Source: an uncultured Acidobacteriota bacterium
GTDB taxonomy: Bacteria; Acidobacteriota; Terriglobia; UBA7540
Direction: 5' to 3'
DNA length: 64,000 bases
NCBI GenBank assembly: GCA_963804995.1
Contig: CAWDSK010000003.1
Span: forward strand, 768,001 to 832,000
Within the stretch, counting starts at the first letter, position 1. Each line of letters opens with the position of its first letter. The position numbers were made by a program, and so were the translations under genes. The notes below the pieces were generated by a model. The model saw only the letters and a list, made by a program, of their open reading frames with translations. It did no database searches and was not told the DNA's origin. Below, piece by piece: positions 1 to 10,154 of this stretch.

Positions 1-636
1 CCGAGGGTTGGCAGCAAGTGCGAGCTGTACTTTGATTGGCAGGGCACCCACATGGGATTTGCAGCCGTGGTCGTGTGCAAAGATGCGGAAGGGCGATTGG
101 ATCTGAAGTTTCTCTCGGTCGATAAGGAGACCCAAAAGCGCTTGCAGGAGCTTTGCGCCACGCTGCAGACGCCGCCACCGACCTCGCTGCCGAAGAACTG
201 GGACGCGGCCCGTCTTATCCCGAAATCCGCGGAGGCTCGCAATGCGGCGCGTCCTGCGGCCCTGACAAAAGCACCCCCCACGCTACCGTCCAAGCTGGCC
301 GAGAAGTCGCGGCGGCAGCTTCCCCGTTATGTGAGCGCATTGCCTGCCCACATCCCGAACCCTGCCACAGGAGCGACTTCCAGCGGCACCTTGATTACCC
401 TCTCCATTGCGGGTGGTTGCATCAAAGGCCTGGAACTTCCCGAGGCTGGCCAGAAATGTGAGCTTTATACCGATTGGGAAAATAAGCGGGTGCTGCTCCG
501 GGGTAACGTCGTCTGGAAACGTAAAGAGTGTGTGGGTGTGAAATTCTCACCTCTTGACGAAGAGACGCAGAATTTGCTGCGGCGAATCTGCTCCGACTTG
601 AGGCTTGAACCGCTCTCGGGTTTCCGCCCTGATTGA
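1..636 (+). CDS. Tandem PilZ-domain protein, 5' end outside the window
   Basis: Frame is open from base 1 (PRVGSKCELYFDWQG...). The second repeat has RRQLPRY and a degenerate TLSIAG motif, then KCELYTDW...GNVVW...VGVKF, paralogous to the first repeat. Confidence 0.65.
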   Translation, partial: PRVGSKCELYFDWQGTHMGFAAVVVCKDAEGRLDLKFLSVDKETQKRLQELCATLQTPPPTSLPKNWDAARLIPKSAEARNAARPAALTKAPPTLPSKLAEKSRRQLPRYVSALPAHIPNPATGATSSGTLITLSIAGGCIKGLELPEAGQKCELYTDWENKRVLLRGNVVWKRKECVGVKFSPLDEETQNLLRRICSDLRLEPLSGFRPD

Positions 637-704
637 AGTAAAGAGAACTTGGCTGCTTCCAGCCCCACTTTGTGTAGGCTGGGGAAGATCACAGCATGGT
701 AACC

Positions 705-794
705 GGCGGGCTGGCCCAGGGCTGCGCTCGCCCTGTGATTCTGGTGCGATTAGATGACGTGAATCGCCCCGACGAGTCGGGGCGCCAGCCCACC
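705..794. repeat. REP doublet (REPIN-like), RAYT-end family
   Basis: GGCGGGCTGGC...GCCAGCCCACC terminal inverted repeat. Two hairpins flank the spacer GATTCTGGTGCGATTAGATGACGTGAA shared with the copies at 6531, 6991 and 8151. Confidence 0.85.
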
Positions 795-1032
795 TCTCCG
801 GTAAACCGAAAAACCAGGAGTCCGCCTAACTGCCTTCCATGGATAGAGGCTTGGGCGAACGGTCGTTGCTAAGTTAAGAAGCGCGATCGAGCACCCTGAG
901 GGTCTTATCGATTCCAGTACTCAACCGCAAGCTTCCAAGCCGCTCGGTGACTTCAGCGATTAAAAGAAAACGCCCATCGTGTTAAGGGCCGCGGAGGAGG
1001 ACTGAAATACGCCCACCTCCGCGCTACCCCGC

Positions 1033-3315
<2,283 letters not shown>

Positions 3316-3439
3316 TCAAAAGAATGTGACGAACTACGAATCCATCCGGGCTTTCCCATTTGCGCCATCGCCGCCGGCCGCGCTCGCTGGCAAGCGCCAC
3401 TCAAGCGGTGTCCATACAGTGTCCACACGCTGACAACAG

Positions 3440-3865
3440 TTAACCGGAAGCTTTCTGCCAAGCGCACTTCGTGCAGAGCCCCCGGAAAATGAGTTCGCAT
3501 TCGCGAACCACCCGCTTACCCAGGGAGCCCGAGGCGGGCCTGGGCACGTCGTGCCACCGAATGTCCTCAACCTTGCCGCAGCGGTCGCAGATGAAGTGGT
3601 GATGCCGCATGCCTTTCGCCTCGAATCGCGCGCCACGGCCCTCGAGGGCCACTTCACGCACCAACCCCGCCAGCAGCAAGTCCCGCAGATTGTTATAAGT
3701 CGTGGCCCTGGAAGAGCGCGGATCCACGCGATTCACGGCTTCGAAGATTTCCGCAGCCGTGGGATGCGTGTTGTGTTCCATCAAGAATGCCATCACGGCG
3801 TAACGCTGCGGAGTGCACCGCAACCCGCTGCCTTTCAGGGACTGTTTAATCGCCTCAGCATCCAT
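3440..3865 (-). CDS. fur: Fur/PerR-family regulator upstream of katG
   Basis: GLRCTPQR, HPTAAEI, SRATTYNNL, HHHFICDRCG and a C-terminal CTKC. Classical fur-katG layout. Confidence 0.9.
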   Translation of the reverse strand: MDAEAIKQSLKGSGLRCTPQRYAVMAFLMEHNTHPTAAEIFEAVNRVDPRSSRATTYNNLRDLLLAGLVREVALEGRGARFEAKGMRHHHFICDRCGKVEDIRWHDVPRPASGSLGKRVVRECELIFRGLCTKCAWQKASG

Positions 3866-3874
3866 GAAGGATTT

Positions 3875-3903
3875 AGACTATTTTTAATGTGATATTTTGT
3901 CAA
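3875..3903 (-). promoter_or_regulatory. Sigma70-type promoter of fur-katG
   Basis: TTGACA-17 nt-TAGTCT on the minus strand, 9 nt from the ATG, with no SD (near-leaderless). Confidence 0.55.
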
Positions 3904-4157
3904 GACTTGTGCTTCGGGTTGCTGCTGCGAGCAGAAAACTGGCGGATGCCGTATGGCGCGGGTAGCCACAGTCAGTGGTTTCCTGACTGTGGGTTCTTCC
4001 TGACGAGGGTCTCTGGTCGGCCCGGAAGAACTCCGCTTGGTGTTGGGTTGACCGTGAACTGGAAATCTCAAGGTTTGGCGGGCATCCCTCGACAATCGCC
4101 AATCAGACATTTCGTCTGTGTGGTAGACTCATGCCCGTCCCAACCAGGAGGTTTGAC

Positions 4158-5294
4158 ATGCCAAACGACTCCGTTTCTCGCCGAGAGTTTCTGCATAACA
4201 TGGCCGCCGGTTCGACGGGTGCGGCGCTGGGCACGGTGCTTGCCGGCGCGCCCGCGAGCGCCGCCCACCCCGCGGTCGACGCCGAGCCGCCCTTTCCCCG
4301 TACCATGGAATCCTATCCCATCGTCCAGCCCGGCAAGGAAACCGATCGATTCAAGATCGTGAGCAAGTTTAATATGCCCGACTCTTTTGTGGAGCGCATC
4401 CGCGCCCTGTCACCGGGAATCGACCTGAAGACGCATCTTTCCCGCGACGCAATGCTCCGCGAGATTGCGGACGCCCACGTTTTGTACGGGCATTTTACGC
4501 GCGAGGAGTATGACGCTGGCAAGCGCCTGCGGTGGATTCAGTGGAGCGCCGCCGGGGTCGAAGAGATCATGTGGCCTGACCTGATCGCAAGCCCGATAGT
4601 GCTCACCAACATGCAGCGGTACTTTGCACCGGTCATCTCCGAAACCGCGATTGGGCTCATGCTCGCGCTCGCGCACGGCATTGGGCGCTACGCCGTCCAG
4701 ACTGAGCGCCATGAGTGGAAGGAAATTGAGAATTTGAATGAAATCAGCGGCATGACGCTGGGCATGGTCGGCCTGGGAGGGATTGGCACGGAAACGGCCC
4801 GTCGCGCCCACTTTGGATTTGGCATGACCGTCCTCGCCGTCGATCCCAAGCCCCTTCCCAAGCCCGATTTCGTGGCCGAACTGCACTCACTCGACTATCT
4901 GCCGCAGATGGCGGGGCGCGCGGACATTCTGATGTGCGCGGCGCCCCATACGCGGGTGTCCGAGGGGATGTTAAATGAGTCCATCTTCCGCGCTATGAAG
5001 AAGTCGGCGTACTTCATCAATATGTCGCGCGGTCCGATCGTGGATACGCCGGCCTTGGTGCGAGCCCTCAAAGAGGGCCGGATTGCCGGCGCGGGACTCA
5101 ACGTGGCTTACAAGGAACCCCTTCCTCCTGATGACGAGTTGTGGACGGCTCCGAATATCATCATCACCTGCCATACGTCCGGCAATTCGCCCAAGGTGGA
5201 GGGTCGCCAATTGGAACTCTTCACTGAAAACGTGCGCCGCTACGTCGCCGGTTTGCCTTTGCTTAACGTGGTGGATAAACAGCGCGGGTATTAG
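4158..5294 (+). CDS. D-2-hydroxyacid dehydrogenase family protein with a Tat-like signal
   Basis: SRREFL plus a hydrophobic stretch; GLGGIG, INMSRG, EPLP and TCHTSG motifs. GGAGG SD precedes ATG 4158. Confidence 0.85.
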   Translation: MPNDSVSRREFLHNMAAGSTGAALGTVLAGAPASAAHPAVDAEPPFPRTMESYPIVQPGKETDRFKIVSKFNMPDSFVERIRALSPGIDLKTHLSRDAMLREIADAHVLYGHFTREEYDAGKRLRWIQWSAAGVEEIMWPDLIASPIVLTNMQRYFAPVISETAIGLMLALAHGIGRYAVQTERHEWKEIENLNEISGMTLGMVGLGGIGTETARRAHFGFGMTVLAVDPKPLPKPDFVAELHSLDYLPQMAGRADILMCAAPHTRVSEGMLNESIFRAMKKSAYFINMSRGPIVDTPALVRALKEGRIAGAGLNVAYKEPLPPDDELWTAPNIIITCHTSGNSPKVEGRQLELFTENVRRYVAGLPLLNVVDKQRGY

Positions 5295-5305
5295 ATCGGG
5301 ATGGT

Positions 5306-5361
5306 GGGTAGCCACGGAGTCGCCGCGGCTGAAAGTCCGCCAATCTTAATGGTGGACGACC
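5306..5361. repeat. Dispersed ~56-bp repeat (inverted copy at 47888-47943, partial copy at 47503-47526)
   Basis: Core AAGTCCGCCAATCTTAAYGGTGGRCGACC is shared with the 47888 copy. Confidence 0.7.
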
Positions 5362-5503
5362 CCTTCTGTCCGTGAACTTTTCTCATGTCCGCGGGTGGCG
5401 CATACGGCCCGACGCACTTTGTCCGGATGTATGCGGCCTTGATGCACCAAGTGAGGTGATCACATACATGCCAAAACGCGTCAGGTATCCGTCAGCCGAC
5501 GGA

Positions 5504-5558
5504 TTCCAGTGCGGCCTTTCACTTCGTGTTCGCGACAAGAAATATCGTATCGCTGCTG
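5504..5558 (+). repeat. 55-bp direct repeat, left of the AbrB-VapC module
   Basis: TTCCAGTGCGGCCTTTCACTTCGTGTTCGCGACAAGAAATATCGTATCGCTGCTG aligns without gaps to 6400-6454. Confidence 0.8.
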
Positions 5559-5624
5559 GAATTTGGGAAGATCCGCGGAGGAATCCGCCGGCTGGCGGAT
5601 ACCTCGAAGCTACCGGCTTACGGC

Positions 5625-6037
5625 TCAGGGAATCAGCTTAAGGTGTGGGAAACGGCGGAAGTCCTTCTTGTTGAAGGTGGCCAACACCGGGGTTTTGGTT
5701 TCCTCGGCCAGAGCGACAAGATAGGCGTCCACGATTTCGATGTTGTGGGCGCGGTAAATCTCGATACACCGCGAAACCACCCGCGGCTCAAGCGCCGTCA
5801 CGCCCGGAAGTTCTCGAGGAGGGCCTCGAGCAAGCCCGCGATGTATTCCCGGCTGGCCCGGTAGAACGATTCCAAGGTCCAGACGACTTGGGCGATCACC
5901 AGGCTGGGGACGAGCAAGCGCAGGGCGCCCTCGCCCGCCTGCTCAAAAAGCCGTAGCGCCTGCCGCCGATGGGACGGATCATCTCCGAGAGCGTGGCGCA
6001 AAATTACATTGGTGTCCAGCAAGACTTCTTCAACCAT
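5625..6037 (-). pseudogene. vapC: VapC/PIN toxin, frameshifted near 5811-5816
   Basis: The N-terminal half (LLDTNVILR...LLEALLE) stops at 5798. The C-terminal half (LPGVTALE...IVDAYLVALAE...LATFNKKDFRRFPHLKLIP*) continues in another frame, consistent with a 2-bp insertion. Confidence 0.8.
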
Positions 6038-6290
6038 GGGCAAGCTCCCGCGCCGTCCTCGCGGCAACCGCTTTCTTCACGCGACGCCGGACTTCCGCGT
6101 CCGAAAGCCCCGGCTGCGGAGAACGCAAAGTTCCGGCCCAATGCACGATGGTCTTCCGCACCGGGCGCACCTTGATGCCGTCTGCCTCCTCTTCAAAGGC
6201 CACCCGGCTGCCCGCCCCCAGATTAAATCGCCGGCGCAATTCCTGCGGCAGCGTCACCTGCCCCTTGACGGTCAGGCGTGAGGTTTTCAT
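6030..6290 (-). CDS. AbrB/MazE/SpoVT-type antitoxin
   Basis: MKTSRLTVKGQVTLPQELRRRFNLGAGSRVAF; its stop overlaps the vapC start. Confidence 0.9.
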   Translation of the reverse strand: MKTSRLTVKGQVTLPQELRRRFNLGAGSRVAFEEEADGIKVRPVRKTIVHWAGTLRSPQPGLSDAEVRRRVKKAVAARTARELAHG

Positions 6291-6312
6291 ACACATTTTC
6301 CTCCAGGCTTCG

Positions 6313-6340
6313 GTATTACCATATCACAAAGAAGTATTAC
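6313..6340 (-). promoter_or_regulatory. Putative antitoxin operator
   Basis: Two GTA(A/T)TAC near-palindromes 21 bp apart just upstream of the antitoxin, overlapping TGaTATGGT (extended -10-like). Confidence 0.45.
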
Positions 6341-6399
6341 TATCCATCGGTGGTGGCAGCGCGAAGCAGCGGGCAGCGCACAGCTATGCGTATTTTGCG

Positions 6400-6454
6400 T
6401 TCCGGTGCGGTTTTTCACTTCGTGTTTGCGACCAGAAACATCGTAACGCTGCTG
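6400..6454 (+). repeat. 55-bp direct repeat, right of the AbrB-VapC module
   Basis: Partner of 5504-5558. Confidence 0.8.
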
Positions 6455-6530
6455 AGAAAACCGAGCCCCTTCGGGGCTCAAAAGTCAAAACTCCTGTTGC
6501 CAGCTACTCAACGGAGAACACCCCGACAGC

Positions 6531-6615
6531 CGGGCTGGCACAGGACGAGCGCAGCCCTCCGATTCTGGTGCGATTAGATGACGTGAAGCGCAGAGCTGCG
6601 CTCTCATCCCGCCCG
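6531..6615. repeat. REP doublet (REPIN-like), degenerate
   Basis: CGGGCTGGCACAGGACGAGCGCAGCCCTCCGATTCTGGTGCGATTAGATGACGTGAAGCGCAGAGCTGCGCT. Confidence 0.85.
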
Positions 6616-6642
6616 TCCGTGTCTGATAGTCAAAAGCCTCTT

Positions 6643-6921
6643 CTACACCAGCTCGATCGATACCCGTCGCCCCACCATGGCTGCTGCCCGCTGCAGGCTG
6701 GAAAGCGTGATGTCGTTTTTGGGATCGAGCAGACGGTCAACCTGGGTCCGGCTCGTCTTAAGCAGCGCCGCCATCCGCGACTTGGATATTTTCTTTTTCT
6801 TCATGGCCTGGGCGAGCTGCCACGCCACCACCTCCTTAATGGCCTGAGCTTGCGCCTCTTCAAAGATGCCTTCCTCCCTGAGAAAATTATCGAGGCTCGA
6901 ACCCATATGTTTCTTGCTCAT
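6643..6921 (-). CDS. XRE/HigA-like HTH antitoxin with no adjacent toxin
   Basis: HMGSSLDNFLREEG...MAALLKTSRTQVDRLLDP..ITLSSLQRAA is typical of antitoxins that follow RelE/Gp49-like toxins. Confidence 0.8.
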   Translation of the reverse strand: MSKKHMGSSLDNFLREEGIFEEAQAQAIKEVVAWQLAQAMKKKKISKSRMAALLKTSRTQVDRLLDPKNDITLSSLQRAAAMVGRRVSIELV

Positions 6922-6944
6922 GGCTCTAACTCCTTATGGATCAG

Positions 6945-6962
6945 TGTACCTTATAATGTACA
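6945..6962. promoter_or_regulatory. Palindromic operator-like site upstream of the XRE gene
   Basis: TGTACCTTATAATGTACA near-palindrome about 24 nt upstream of the ATG. Confidence 0.45.
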
Positions 6963-6990
6963 GGCGAGCAAGCTCATTAACCTAAAGCTG

Positions 6991-7079
6991 GGCCGGTTGG
7001 CGCAGGGCGAGCGTAGCCCTGCGATTCTGGTGCGTTTAGATGACCTGAAGCGCAGAGCTGCGCTCCGCGCCAGCCCGCC
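6991..7079. repeat. REP doublet (REPIN-like)
   Basis: GGCGCAGGGCGAGCGTAGCCCTGCG hairpin, conserved spacer, and GCGCCAGCCCGCC end. Confidence 0.9.
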
Positions 7080-7145
7080 TCTGCTACCCTGCTCCGAAAA
7101 ACTGCGCTAGAACCAGGGGGAATAGAAGCGTAGAATAGTGGGGTT

Positions 7146-7628
7146 ATGTCCTTTAAAGTTTTCTTGAGTCACAGCCTCGATCCTGCCGAGCAAGCGCTGG
7201 CTTGGCGGTTGCAAACCCTGGCGGCTGCACACGGCATTGAGATGTACGTGCCACGCCGCGGGTTTACGTTTCCTTCGAGAATGATTGGCGCGGGCGGCGT
7301 TGAGAAGGCCATTGATCGCGCGGACTGTGTTTTGGCGATTATCACTGCGGAAGCGAATGCGAGCGTCCAGAAAGAGCTTAAATATGCTCTCGCAAAACGA
7401 AAGCTTGTAATCCCCATTGTGCACTCGGAAGTGCCGAGCAATGGCCTCGTTGCGCAATTTCCCCGTGTCTTCACATTCTCGCCAGGGGACAATCCGGGAA
7501 AGGTTGAGGCGGAAGTTGTCGAATTCCTGCAACAGCAACACCTCAGTAAGGGAAAACGGCAAGCAGCCGGAGCCCTTGTCGCAGCGGGCCTCGCCTTGCT
7601 TCTACTCTTCTCACTTAGCGAAAAATAG
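7146..7628 (+). CDS. TIR-domain protein with a C-terminal hydrophobic (TM) helix
   Basis: KVFLSHS; AIDRADCVLAIIT; SVQKELKYAL (catalytic Glu position); KLVIPIV; C-terminal AAGALVAAGLALLLLFSL. Confidence 0.8.
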   Translation: MSFKVFLSHSLDPAEQALAWRLQTLAAAHGIEMYVPRRGFTFPSRMIGAGGVEKAIDRADCVLAIITAEANASVQKELKYALAKRKLVIPIVHSEVPSNGLVAQFPRVFTFSPGDNPGKVEAEVVEFLQQQHLSKGKRQAAGALVAAGLALLLLFSLSEK

Positions 7629-8122
7629 TGCGTATTGCCGTCGTAGACAGTTCCCCGCTCATTTACCTCACGCACCTCGGCCTCGCCGCAGAGCTATCCA
7701 GGTTTTTCGATGTCGTTTATGTCCCGCGAGTAGTTCATGAGGAAGTGAACAGGAAGGGCCGATTTCGGTATCGCCTTAAGAAACTGTACCAATCCGGCTG
7801 CTTTCTAAGATGCATGGCAGCGGACAGGACAAATGTCCGCTTACTGATGGCTCAATTACACGAAGGCGAGTCTGAGGCTCTTGTTCAAGCGGAGGAAAAG
7901 GCCGCTGAGTTCTTCATCGGTGATGAAAAGGATGCACGTGAGATTGGCAGGCTCAAGGGATTTAAACCTGTGGGAACAGTCCGCCTCCTGGCGCGACTGC
8001 ACCTTGAGGGTCGAGCCACGGATCCCCTAGCCTTGGTGCGAAAGCTCCGTCGAGACCTCAACTTCCGAGCTACTGAGACCGTAGTGAACGAAGCAATTGC
8101 GATGGCTTCCCAACCCATCTGA
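7628..8122 (+). CDS. PIN-domain ribonuclease (DUF3368-like)
   Basis: VVDSSPLIYL, VPRVVHEE, LHEGESEAL, IGDEKDAR, GTVRLL. The GTG start overlaps the TIR stop (TAGTG). Confidence 0.85.
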   Translation: MRIAVVDSSPLIYLTHLGLAAELSRFFDVVYVPRVVHEEVNRKGRFRYRLKKLYQSGCFLRCMAADRTNVRLLMAQLHEGESEALVQAEEKAAEFFIGDEKDAREIGRLKGFKPVGTVRLLARLHLEGRATDPLALVRKLRRDLNFRATETVVNEAIAMASQPI

Positions 8123-8150
8123 AAGAGGCTTACACCGAGCAGGCGGTCAC

Positions 8151-8239
8151 GGACGGCTGGCGCAGGGCGAGCGCAGCCCTGCGATTCTGGTGCGATTAGA
8201 TGACGTGAATCGCAGACCTGCGCTATGCGCCAGCCCGCC
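8151..8239. repeat. REP doublet (REPIN-like), best-conserved copy
   Basis: GGCTGGCGCAGGGCGAGCGCAGCCCTGCGATTCTGGTGCGATTAGATGACGTGAATCGCAGACCTGCGCTATGCGCCAGCCCGCC. Confidence 0.9.
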
Positions 8240-8458
8240 AGTTTCCGAACAGGCAACGATATAGGATACCCTCCGGCGTCTCAGAGGATCCGTGTTGGAC
8301 GAGAGCCATTTTCCGTGATGGTGACTTTTCAGGCGGGATCCGACGTAGCAGTGAAACCTCGTGAGCGGCCACAACTTGCAGTTGGTCGAGCGAAGGAGTT
8401 TGTCGGCGAACAATCGGAGAGCACATTCCGAGTGGGCGGACTTGAAGGAGTTGGGCGA

Positions 8459-8803
8459 CTACGCGGCGCTTCGGCGGAATACGGGATGGTCTTGGTGAAT
8501 CTGGGGATGCGCGGGGGCGGTTTTCCGATAAATGAACACGATTTTACCGGGCTCGGCGGCGTCTTCGAGATCGAGTTCGAGTCCGCAGTCATTTACGAAA
8601 TGGTCGCGAATGGCTTGGGCGGCGCTGAGTGTGAACGCTTCACGGTAGATTAGGCCATCACCCAGGTCCGCTACGAGGTGGTTTTGGAAAAACGGCCCGC
8701 GCGGGTCTTTGGCTGTGCCCACGCACCAGTCGCTCGGACTGCCACCGAATTTCTGAATGTGCTGTTCGATCTCAGCGATAATCTCGCCGCGATTGCTGGG
8801 CAT
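8459..8803 (-). CDS. Small hypothetical protein, possibly a degenerate GIY-YIG-like fold
   Basis: DWCVGTAKDPR...NH...IYREA...AQAIRDH...VFIYRKT resembles the WYVGIxxDP pattern. Confidence 0.5.
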   Translation of the reverse strand: MPSNRGEIIAEIEQHIQKFGGSPSDWCVGTAKDPRGPFFQNHLVADLGDGLIYREAFTLSAAQAIRDHFVNDCGLELDLEDAAEPGKIVFIYRKTAPAHPQIHQDHPVFRRSAA

Positions 8804-8820
8804 GGTTGTGGCCCTCTCCC

Positions 8821-8883
8821 GGACCAACTGACTTGATTTGCCCTAAGTCGCAAAACTGGGCTCGTTCTGCGCCAGCCGGCTAC
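8821..8883 (+). repeat. Degenerate copy of the RAYT right end (last codons plus REP)
   Basis: GGACCAACTGACTTGATTTGCCCTAAGTCGCA...CTGCGCCAGCCGGCTAC aligns to GGACCGGTTGAGTTGACTCGCACTAAGTCGCA...CTGCGCCAGCCAGCCC at 10093-10154. Confidence 0.75.
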
Positions 8884-8887
8884 TCGA

Positions 8888-9388
8888 TCACATCTTTATG
8901 GGCGGCGAGTATATTATTACCTCGCCTGGCCTGTCGTAAGGAGGGAATGCGCCGTAGAGTTCCCGCTTGATGACTCTTTTCGCGTCGAAGTAGATATGAA
9001 CCGAGTATGTGTCGGCGCCGTGGGCCCCTCCGGTCACAAGCATAAAGGTTCCCTTTTCCAATGTTAGCTGTGCTCCTCTCACATTGAAAAGGGTCGCATA
9101 GGCATCCCAGGGAACCGCCAGTGCCTTCCCATCGACAACAATGGTCATGTCCTCAACAAAGGAGGCCTCATTGTAGCCGTCCTTTAGAAACACGGGAAAA
9201 CCTGGATCGGACTTGTTCAGCAGGATGGTGCGGAATGTAATCTGTACCTTCTTGCCTCCCAGCACTGCCTGCAGAGAAGCTTCGCCCGACTTTGGGATCT
9301 TCACTTCGTCCGGCGCAGCATGGGAAAAACCGGTAGCCAACAAACAGGAAATGACAACCGTAAGCAGAGTACGCGCCGGATAGTTCAT
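8888..9388 (-). CDS. Secreted hypothetical protein
   Basis: Sec signal peptide (MNYPARTLLTVVISCLLATGFSHA), GGAGG SD, 166 aa. Confidence 0.75.
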   Translation of the reverse strand: MNYPARTLLTVVISCLLATGFSHAAPDEVKIPKSGEASLQAVLGGKKVQITFRTILLNKSDPGFPVFLKDGYNEASFVEDMTIVVDGKALAVPWDAYATLFNVRGAQLTLEKGTFMLVTGGAHGADTYSVHIYFDAKRVIKRELYGAFPPYDRPGEVIIYSPPIKM

Positions 9389-9486
9389 TTCACCACCTCC
9401 AAATCACGAATTCCACTGTTTCCGATGGACTCTAAAACGTTCAAAGGCTCAACTATGCAACCCTGCGAATCACCCATTGTTTTAAA

Positions 9487-10154
9487 GGCGGGCTGGCGCA
9501 GAGCGAGCTCAGCTCTGCGATTCACGTCTCTGACCCTACCCGCCGATATAATTATTATGCCGATCTATGGACGCCATTTCGAGCCCGGCCAGTTGCAGTT
9601 CATCACCACCAGCACTTATCGCCGCAGCCGGCTATTTACCTGTCAGCGCTTCTGCTGGACCTTTGTCGAAACTCTCCGCCAAGTCCGCCAGGAGACCGGA
9701 TTCCTCCTGATTGGCTGGGTGTTAATGCCGGAACACTTTCACCTGCTCCTTAAACCCCAACCCGCCGAGCAAATCGTCCGCTTCATGCAGGAGCTCAAGA
9801 AGCGATCCGCGCAGCAGATTATCGCCGCCCTTGCCAGGAATCAACACCAGCCCACGTGCCGCACCACGCTGGCCCGGCTGCAACTGCCCCCCACCGTCCA
9901 CAGTGATTCGCACTATCGGCTGTGGCAGAGGCGCTATGTCCCGTTTAACGTTTTCACGGAGAAAAACCGCTTGCAGAAGCTCAACTACATGCACGGCAAT
10001 CCGGTAAAGAGAAGGCTGGTGAGCTCTCCCGATCAATGGCCCTGGTCAAGCTTTCGATTCTATTATCTGAATGATTCGTCCGTCTTGAGCATGGACCGGT
10101 TGAGTTGACTCGCACTAAGTCGCAGGGCTGCGCTCGCCCTGCGCCAGCCAGCCC
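9487..10154 (+). mobile_element. RAYT locus: transposase between inverted REP hairpins
   Basis: Left REP 9487-9528 (GCGCAGAGCGAGCTCAGCTCTGCG) and right REP 10110-10154 (CGCAGGGCTGCGCTCGCCCTGCG) in inverted orientation. Confidence 0.85.
9557..10108 (+). CDS. rayT: REP-associated tyrosine transposase (HUH/Y1)
   Basis: FITTST, WVLMPEHFHLL (HUH), LWQRRY, NYMHGNPVK (catalytic Tyr), WPWSS. TATAAT lies just upstream of ATG 9557. Confidence 0.9.
   Translation: MPIYGRHFEPGQLQFITTSTYRRSRLFTCQRFCWTFVETLRQVRQETGFLLIGWVLMPEHFHLLLKPQPAEQIVRFMQELKKRSAQQIIAALARNQHQPTCRTTLARLQLPPTVHSDSHYRLWQRRYVPFNVFTEKNRLQKLNYMHGNPVKRRLVSSPDQWPWSSFRFYYLNDSSVLSMDRLS

Noticed and set aside
6148..7110. 320-aa ORF spanning the TA region
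   Set aside because: It runs antisense through two real genes and two REPINs; the repeated peptide is just translated repeat.
6531..8239. Repeats as a CRISPR array or as integron attC sites
   Set aside because: The repeats are ~90-bp double hairpins separated by whole genes. There is no cas gene or IntI in the window, I saw no attC core motifs, and the repeats match the RAYT ends.
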